Positions 57,044 to 64,000 of a stretch of DNA of 64,000 nucleotides are shown in pieces. Position 1 is the stretch's first letter, and every line of letters starts with the position of its first letter. Both the position numbers and the translations under genes were made by a program. The DNA comes from an uncultured virus (IMG/VR IMGVR_UViG_3300032323_004022) (taxonomy: Duplodnaviria > Heunggongvirae > Uroviricota > Caudoviricetes): the IMG/VR virus record IMGVR_UViG_3300032323_004022. The stretch is one strand, 5' to 3'. The notes beneath the pieces were generated by a model. It had not been told where the DNA came from. It saw only the letters and a program-made list of their open reading frames with translations, and ran no database searches.

Positions 57044-60000
57044 ATGGCCACTTATAAAACAGACAGAGATAGAAATTATGGATTTGTAGGCAAATTCAAA
57101 TTTAGCTACACTTTGATATTTATAAGTAATGATATACCTGGTACTTTTGGTGTTAAATTTAACAATGTGCAAATTATTTCTTGCGCTTTGATTCAATTTA
57201 GAAATGATTCTGATACATTTTCTGCATCAGTTACTATAGGAAAGAGACTACCAGATGAATCTCCTGGAACTAACGCTTGGTTCGATACATTGCCTCCAAA
57301 TTCTCCCAATTATTCCATTGTGGAAACAGGCCCACAAATTCCATTGCTATACAGAATTAAGGGTACAGGTTTAAACTTAAGAGGTGAATTAATATTAGAT
57401 GTTCCACTCGAGGTTGACAAAAATAAAGATATTTTAACCAGCACTGAAGGAAGAAATTTATATTATAGATTTGTAAGTGGAACGGTTGAAGGATATGTGT
57501 ATAATGGAAATCCGTTATCTGAATTCGTAGAAATAAGCGAACATTATCCACTGAAGGAAACATCAATTCCATCTAATTGCGATTCAGATAATCAAGTTTG
57601 GGTTGCAGATGAATTAAATGAAAAAACAATTAGACAGTGGCCAAAATACACTACATTAAATTGGTTTGAGACTATTAATCCAAATTTAAAGTCTAGAGCT
57701 GGCATTTATGTTATTCATACTAACGATAAAGGACAAACAAGTACACATAGTAGATTTACAGATTATTCAAATAATGACTTTTCTTCAGTCTCTTATGGCT
57801 ATATCAAAACTGCCTATGCTTGGCAAACAAGAGCATTTAGAACTGGTCCGTCATTTCCAACAAATGGATACATAAGAATAGGCGGTAATATTGATTTTGG
57901 TGAATACAAAATCGATCCTTTGGTAGTTCCAAATGGAACTACAACAGAAGATACTTGGGATTTGAGATCTGATGCAAATTGGTTAGCCAAAGCAAAAATT
58001 TCAATGTATCAAGAACCAACAAGAAAAGTAACTTTTGATTCACAAATATTTAATTGGGATAAACCATACACTGATTATTTAAAGGGATATATTATTGGTT
58101 TTGATAGTAAAGGACTCACATCAAGTCAAAATTTTTCTTGTCAAAACAAAGACGTTGTATTGCCTACATTTCAGACAGTAGAAACAAAAAGTGGAAAAAT
58201 CTCTGGTTCACAAACGTATGTAACTTATAAAATATCAGATATTTTTATTGCAGCTTTAAATCGAAATACTGGCGAGGAAGTAACTAAAAAAGCTCCTAAT
58301 AAAAGTTTCAGTAATCAGCAAAAATGGATTTTTGGAGCTATTGACAGAAGAACTGCGCCAGAAGAATTTGATACTTTATTAAGTCCTTCAAAATATATGG
58401 ACTACCCTCAAAAATGGGTCAGACTATCCTGTGGATGCCAAGATATTAACGAAGAATCAAGATTTAGGACATTAGATTTTGATGAGGATTTTTTTGGTTG
58501 CGCTCCAATACCTTTATTAGGTTGGAAATTCAATGCTATGACTCTTAAACAGGATAAAGAATATACTTTATCTACTAATGGCTCAAAGGTTGGATTTGGT
58601 TATACTTATTCATTGAATTTTTTAGGAACTCAAGCAAATCCTTATTATTATGGTAGTGAAAATTTATCTGGTTATAGATATTTACAATTTGATGCCAAAT
58701 CAAAAAATAACGATGCTCAAAAAACAACTTTTTCAATAAGTGAAATATCGAAAGGTTTTACATTAAATAATAACAACCAAAATATAAATGAAAAATCTTG
58801 GAATATCTCAATCGAAAATACATCATCACCTACTACTACATTTATTTTAGATCTATGTAATCCTGACAATAAAATTGATTATGTTGACAATCAAGACTCC
58901 CCATATCCAAGATTAAATACTTTCACAACTTCTAAACCACAAAGCACTGATCCACTTGGACTATTATCAGTTGAAAATAAGCCAAAAGATGATTTTTTAA
59001 TTACAAAGCCTTTATCTGGAAACGCTAGTTTATCTTGGATAGATGACAAAATTAAGAAAAAAATTAGGTCTACTGGAATTATTTATTTATCTGATGATGT
59101 ATCTAAAAATTTAGATTATTTTGAAGTTAACACAGCAGCCTTTCCTAAAGCAGGTGTTGGCACAAATATAATTTTTGGAAGACCTAGAGTTTTTAATGGA
59201 AAAATAAAATTATCAAAAAATTTTAACGCCAATGATGCATATATCAGGGGTGAAGATGGTACTTTATTTGGAATAAATTTAGATTATTTCAAGCAAATAG
59301 AAGTGTATATTGTAAAAAATGATATCACTTCAGACAAAACTATTGATGAAATTTTACTAAAAGATAAAGATGGAAAATATCCAGAAGAATTTGAAATATA
59401 TGATTATGATCCAGGTTTTCCAGATGAAACTGATGTTATAGGAAAAACCAATTTAGATTTCACTGATGGTTCTCAATATATTTTTGTTGAGCCAATTTCA
59501 TTTTTTGATAAAAATACATATTTTCCATATGATGCTGTAATTATAGAAGATTCTGGAAAAAGAAAAGTTTATGAATTATTTGAATACAACAAAACAAATC
59601 CGGATAGATCTTTTATATCTATAAAAATACCAGCAAGTTTTGATAAAAATGTTATTTTTAAAACTAATTCATCAATAAAACTTGGATTTTTAAATGGAAA
59701 AACTGATGATAAATTTACATCTATTTTAGTTAAGTTTAATAAAGTTGAAAAAATTGCATCAAATAATTATCGACTCTATATAGAATATTCTAAATTACAT
59801 AAAAATTCTATACCAAACTATGATGGTATACCAAATCAAATTAATGGAATTGATACGATTTTTTCAGTTAATACACCAATTGTAACTGTAAACCCTCCAA
59901 GGTTAGTTGAATTCAATTTTCCAATAGATACTATACTTTTTACTCAAATAAAAGCAACTATTCCAAATGATAATGAAGTCAATGCAATTGATGATTATCC

Positions 60001-63000
60001 GGAAGATGAAGTCTCGAATGGTCCTTACTATGGCGTATCAAGAATATCAAATATTGAAAGTTCAAATTCATTAATAGAATTTGATAATTTAAAATTAGTA
60101 AGAAGAAATTCATTATCTAATTTTGTATATTCTGGAAATAATAATACTTTTCAAGCTCAAACAAAATTTGATGCTTCATCTAAAATAAAAACAGAATACT
60201 TTACTAGAAGATTTTGGCAGCAAAATACTGATGCAAGAGATGAAGAAGAAGGGGATATTACTTGGCAGCATACAACTAGTGAATTAATTAGTTTTTGGAC
60301 ACTTTTTCCTAAATCAATTTCTAGTCTTTGTGATGATGTTAATAAAATTGACGAATATGTAGCTCCAAGGTGGCTAAACCCAAATAATCCATCTTCAAAT
60401 ATAATACGTCACCCAGGTTGGGTTGCAACAAAAATTGATAAGAGTTACCCAACTGATCCGATTACAGGTAATAGAAAATATTCTATTAATTTAGATCCAG
60501 AATATTTAAATCCTGACTCTGGTTATGCGACCTGGTTGTATGGTGGTGGTGTTCTTGCTGTTCCTAGTGGAGTTAATAGTGGATCTGGAACAAGCTATAT
60601 AACTGCTATAGATATATCTTTCAATCAAATGAAAACTATCTTGGCACAAACAATTTTCCATAGAATTAATGCAGATTTTCCACCAGGTAAGCCTGATTTA
60701 TTTGGCAATACATCTTTGAGAAATGAAGATGGTACAGTTCAGGAATCTACATTGCATTTACGTGGCGGGCTTGTAACTAGAGGACCTGGCTATGGATTGA
60801 TCTTACCCTCACAAAAAAGCACACCTGAAAATTTAAGAAAAGCTAATTTGATAGAAGCTTCTACTGGGAATTTTAAAGGTTCATCTGAATCTGATTTAAG
60901 AGGTTATTTTCAAACATCAGATCCTTTTGGAAAGAATAAAGTAGATCATTATATTGAATTAGAAAAAACTGAAAAATTCCCTACGCCTTCAAATTTTAGA
61001 AGTTCAACAAGAAATTTTACACAAGCAAAGAGAGAAAGAGCCGCATTTAAGAATGAGGGCGTGAAGCAAAAACTTGCAACAAATTTATCTGCTTGCGAAT
61101 CAGGTTTTGAAAATTCAATAGTCATATCATATACAGTTCCTGGATCTGGTAGCAGCAATCCACAAACATCCATAATTCAAACAGATTCATTTTTTGATGA
61201 AATTTATGAAATTTATCCTGTTGGCTTTGACACAAAAAGTGGAATAGGAAAAACATTATCAGGTAGTTTTCCATTTGTTTTAAGTTCTGAATCTATAGCC
61301 AATAAAGAAACAAAAGTTCACACATTTTTATTTGTAGAGAATAATTCTGATTCTAAATCAAACTCAAGTTTAAATTTCTCTTCTGTAATTGCTGCGAATA
61401 CCAATATGAGAGATAAGAATTCTTGGTATCCGTATATTGATGGGGAAACTAAAGTTGATGCTAATTTTTCAACTTTATCAAAAGCGTTTGAAGGAACAAT
61501 TTACAATTCATATGTTATCACTGATGAATCTCCCGAAATATTCAATGTTGGATACGCAGATCCAGGATCAATAATAGTACGATCAATATCACTTAACGCA
61601 ACAAATATACAATCACCTATAACAGACAAATCTATATTCATCGATGGAGTTGCGCCTACTAACACATCTAAGTTCAGATTATTAGGCCCTATAACTTCTT
61701 CAGGGACTGCAGTTTCATCATTTGCAACAATTACTCAACTAGCATCGAGAGATTATTTGGTTGCATATTCATTAAAAGAAACTCCAAGAAAAATTCATTT
61801 TAAGGTTATATCAAATTACAACACTTTAGATAAAAACTTACTTTTAGATTTAGATTCAATTTCTGGAAACAACTTAAAAGAAGATTACAATATTTATGGT
61901 CTCACATCATCTTATGATGAAAAATTAGGATTACATAGATCGGTCTTTTGGAGTAATGGAGGAATTTACTATTTTGAAAATGCATTTTTTTCAAGTAGTA
62001 TAGGTAATACATTAATAAGTAAATTGCACTTAATTAAGGGAAAACTCGATGATAATTTAGTAACAGAGCTGAAGAATAGAAATAATATAATTACTTATTT
62101 TGAAAGCAAAAGTGAACTGGATGAAAGTGTTCCAAAACAAAGACCAGCTATAATCACATGCAAAAATGAAAGTTATGACGGCAGTGTTATCATAGCTTAT
62201 GATAATGGAAAGTGCGCAATAGAGGTAGTTTTATTAAATCCATTTTTTAACATTATAGGAACTAGAAAATTTGATATAGAGTGTATTAATGATTCTGGAT
62301 CAGATTCAATTGACACAAACGGACAAGATAAACCCCCAATAGCCGATATTCAAGCAAATCCTACAAGTGGGCAATCAGAATTAAAAGTTGATTTTCTTTC
62401 AACAAATTCATATGATCCTAATGGAAGCATACTTACTTATGCTTGGGACTTTGGTGATGGAAATAAATCTACTGAAGAAAACCCGTCACATATTTTTGTA
62501 AATAATACTACAAATCCAATTGATTTTAAAGTCACTCTTATTGTGACAAATTCAAATGGTTTAAAGAGTGATCCAGTATCTGTTACAATTACTGTAAATC
62601 CAGCTCCAGTAAACAACCTTTCACCACAAGCTAAATTTTCTGCAACCCCTACCTCTGGTGATGTTATTCTGACTGTAACATTTACTGATCAATCTACTGC
62701 AGCAAATGATGATTCATTTATTACAGATTATCAATGGGATTTTGGAGATGGTGAATCAGTTATAAAATTTGATAAAAATCCATTTACTTATGATTACACA
62801 AGAAGCGGATCGTTTGTTCCAAAATTATTTGTCAAGGATAATTTGGCAAGATTGTCTAGTACATTTATTGGACCAACAATAAATGTCAATGGTGTTGTTA
62901 ATAACCCTCCATCACCAAGTTTTCAGTGGGTCCAGACATCATTTACACCTTCATTAAAAGTACAATTCACTGATACTTCAAGTGATGACGAGGGCCCATT

Positions 63001-64000
63001 AGTTGCTTGGAATTGGAACTTTGGAGACAATGAAACATCTGACGTTCAAAATCCAGAACACATTTATGCAGATCCTGGCAAATATAAAGTGGTTCTGACT
63101 ATTACTGATTCTGGAGGACTTCAAGTATCAGGAACAATTGAAATTACAGTTTTGCCTCCAGGAAATAATCCGCCCATTGCAAACTTTAATTATTCTCAAC
63201 AAAACAGAAAATTAGTAGTTGATTTTACAGATACTTCTACTGATACTGATGGAACAATTGTTTCTTGGAACTGGGATTTTGGTGATACTTCTTCAGATAG
63301 TTTACAAAATCCATCTCACACTTATGCATTTTCTGGAACATATGAAGTTACATTAAAAGTTACAGATAATGGTGGAAAGTCAAGTTTCATCACAAAAAAT
63401 GTTACTGTAAATCCACTTGTTAATCAAGCTCCGATTATTTTAAATATCACAGGTAATCAAACAAGCTTCAAACCATTAGTTGTTAAATTTACTGAAAATT
63501 CTTCTGACTCTGATGGATTTATAACTCAGTGGAATTGGAGTTTTGGCGACAGTAATACATTTTCAACAACTGATCCAGCCTTTAAAAATCCAACAAATAC
63601 TTATCAAAATCCGGGTACATATACTGTCACCCTAACTGTTACTGATGATGGTTTGCCTGATGGAACAAACAAGAAAACTGCAACATCTTTTATTAGATTT
63701 ACTGTTGCTCCGCCACCAGCAAATCAGCCACCTGTAGCTTTATTTACAGTTGATTCCAATAATGTATTGGCACCAGCTACAATTATCTTCACTGATGCAT
63801 CCACTGATGCCGATGGAAAAATAGTAAGTTGGCTTTGGGAATTTGAAACAGGAAGTTCTTTATTTTACAATGCTCAAACCTATCAAAAAACTGTATCTCA
63901 CACTTTTACTAAATCAGGCACATATTCTGTAAAGCTAACAGTTACAGATGACGGCAATTTAAAAAATACATATGTTTTGGATATTATTGTTAAGAACAAT
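57044..64000 (+). CDS. Giant virion protein with tandem PKD domains (partial, runs off the window)
   Basis: ATG 57044 (MATYKTDRDRNYG); the same frame is open at spot-checked positions and at the window end (2319 codons); six PKD repeats at ~62330-64000 (AWDFGDG, QWDFGDG, NWNFGD, NWDFGD, NWSFGD, LWEFETG). Confidence 0.8.
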   Translation, partial: MATYKTDRDRNYGFVGKFKFSYTLIFISNDIPGTFGVKFNNVQIISCALIQFRNDSDTFSASVTIGKRLPDESPGTNAWFDTLPPNSPNYSIVETGPQIPLLYRIKGTGLNLRGELILDVPLEVDKNKDILTSTEGRNLYYRFVSGTVEGYVYNGNPLSEFVEISEHYPLKETSIPSNCDSDNQVWVADELNEKTIRQWPKYTTLNWFETINPNLKSRAGIYVIHTNDKGQTSTHSRFTDYSNNDFSSVSYGYIKTAYAWQTRAFRTGPSFPTNGYIRIGGNIDFGEYKIDPLVVPNGTTTEDTWDLRSDANWLAKAKISMYQEPTRKVTFDSQIFNWDKPYTDYLKGYIIGFDSKGLTSSQNFSCQNKDVVLPTFQTVETKSGKISGSQTYVTYKISDIFIAALNRNTGEEVTKKAPNKSFSNQQKWIFGAIDRRTAPEEFDTLLSPSKYMDYPQKWVRLSCGCQDINEESRFRTLDFDEDFFGCAPIPLLGWKFNAMTLKQDKEYTLSTNGSKVGFGYTYSLNFLGTQANPYYYGSENLSGYRYLQFDAKSKNNDAQKTTFSISEISKGFTLNNNNQNINEKSWNISIENTSSPTTTFILDLCNPDNKIDYVDNQDSPYPRLNTFTTSKPQSTDPLGLLSVENKPKDDFLITKPLSGNASLSWIDDKIKKKIRSTGIIYLSDDVSKNLDYFEVNTAAFPKAGVGTNIIFGRPRVFNGKIKLSKNFNANDAYIRGEDGTLFGINLDYFKQIEVYIVKNDITSDKTIDEILLKDKDGKYPEEFEIYDYDPGFPDETDVIGKTNLDFTDGSQYIFVEPISFFDKNTYFPYDAVIIEDSGKRKVYELFEYNKTNPDRSFISIKIPASFDKNVIFKTNSSIKLGFLNGKTDDKFTSILVKFNKVEKIASNNYRLYIEYSKLHKNSIPNYDGIPNQINGIDTIFSVNTPIVTVNPPRLVEFNFPIDTILFTQIKATIPNDNEVNAIDDYPEDEVSNGPYYGVSRISNIESSNSLIEFDNLKLVRRNSLSNFVYSGNNNTFQAQTKFDASSKIKTEYFTRRFWQQNTDARDEEEGDITWQHTTSELISFWTLFPKSISSLCDDVNKIDEYVAPRWLNPNNPSSNIIRHPGWVATKIDKSYPTDPITGNRKYSINLDPEYLNPDSGYATWLYGGGVLAVPSGVNSGSGTSYITAIDISFNQMKTILAQTIFHRINADFPPGKPDLFGNTSLRNEDGTVQESTLHLRGGLVTRGPGYGLILPSQKSTPENLRKANLIEASTGNFKGSSESDLRGYFQTSDPFGKNKVDHYIELEKTEKFPTPSNFRSSTRNFTQAKRERAAFKNEGVKQKLATNLSACESGFENSIVISYTVPGSGSSNPQTSIIQTDSFFDEIYEIYPVGFDTKSGIGKTLSGSFPFVLSSESIANKETKVHTFLFVENNSDSKSNSSLNFSSVIAANTNMRDKNSWYPYIDGETKVDANFSTLSKAFEGTIYNSYVITDESPEIFNVGYADPGSIIVRSISLNATNIQSPITDKSIFIDGVAPTNTSKFRLLGPITSSGTAVSSFATITQLASRDYLVAYSLKETPRKIHFKVISNYNTLDKNLLLDLDSISGNNLKEDYNIYGLTSSYDEKLGLHRSVFWSNGGIYYFENAFFSSSIGNTLISKLHLIKGKLDDNLVTELKNRNNIITYFESKSELDESVPKQRPAIITCKNESYDGSVIIAYDNGKCAIEVVLLNPFFNIIGTRKFDIECINDSGSDSIDTNGQDKPPIADIQANPTSGQSELKVDFLSTNSYDPNGSILTYAWDFGDGNKSTEENPSHIFVNNTTNPIDFKVTLIVTNSNGLKSDPVSVTITVNPAPVNNLSPQAKFSATPTSGDVILTVTFTDQSTAANDDSFITDYQWDFGDGESVIKFDKNPFTYDYTRSGSFVPKLFVKDNLARLSSTFIGPTINVNGVVNNPPSPSFQWVQTSFTPSLKVQFTDTSSDDEGPLVAWNWNFGDNETSDVQNPEHIYADPGKYKVVLTITDSGGLQVSGTIEITVLPPGNNPPIANFNYSQQNRKLVVDFTDTSTDTDGTIVSWNWDFGDTSSDSLQNPSHTYAFSGTYEVTLKVTDNGGKSSFITKNVTVNPLVNQAPIILNITGNQTSFKPLVVKFTENSSDSDGFITQWNWSFGDSNTFSTTDPAFKNPTNTYQNPGTYTVTLTVTDDGLPDGTNKKTATSFIRFTVAPPPANQPPVALFTVDSNNVLAPATIIFTDASTDADGKIVSWLWEFETGSSLFYNAQTYQKTVSHTFTKSGTYSVKLTVTDDGNLKNTYVLDIIVKNN

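Noticed and set aside
221..61173. Numerous 60-170 aa ORFs antisense to or overlapping long genes (e.g. 12730-13236, 14692-15135, 46628-47071, 57357-57572, 60949-61173)
   Set aside because: Shadows of codon-biased real genes; no RBS or recognisable motifs
1..64000. Stop-codon reassignment (alternative genetic code)
   Set aside because: Coding density is high under code 11, and TAA, TAG and TGA all end genes at sensible boundaries
1..64000. CRISPR array, tRNA/rRNA genes, IS elements, terminase
   Set aside because: No regularly spaced DNA repeats, cloverleafs, transposase or terminase motifs recognised by eye; intergenic gaps are mostly too short

Overview
The window is an AT-rich segment of a large (jumbo-like) tailed dsDNA phage genome, read in standard code 11. 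It has four parts. (1) A + strand head module (8-15255): several acidic/low-complexity head-associated proteins, a portal with a C-terminal DUF559/Vsr-like nuclease domain, a very large prohead protease-scaffold protein, an acidic scaffold, a decoration-like protein and a short HK97/encapsulin-like major capsid protein. (2) A ~17 kb, 20-gene nucleotide-sugar cluster (15330-32352) for deoxy and branched-chain sugars: RfbH, RmlB, RmlC, a ColD/DegT-like enzyme, two TPP-dependent systems, a B12 radical SAM enzyme, a heptose kinase and three glycosyltransferase-like genes. (3) A - strand neck/tail module (32347-49491). (4) A + strand block of large virion-like proteins ending in a >2300 aa protein with six PKD domains that runs off the window and is missing from the ORF track. 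The most notable signals are: a recurring [KR]-hydrophobic-A motif at domain boundaries of head proteins (candidate maturation-protease site, which could release the portal-fused nuclease); shared ExQL repeats across head proteins; probable nested in-frame starts in the protease and scaffold genes; two promoter classes (AGGT-N16-TWGWA before virion operons, leaderless GTAWAAT-N6/7-ATG mostly before sugar genes); and a perfect 18-bp inverted repeat made of two back-to-back leaderless starts. All product calls come from motif recognition by eye; no database searches were run.
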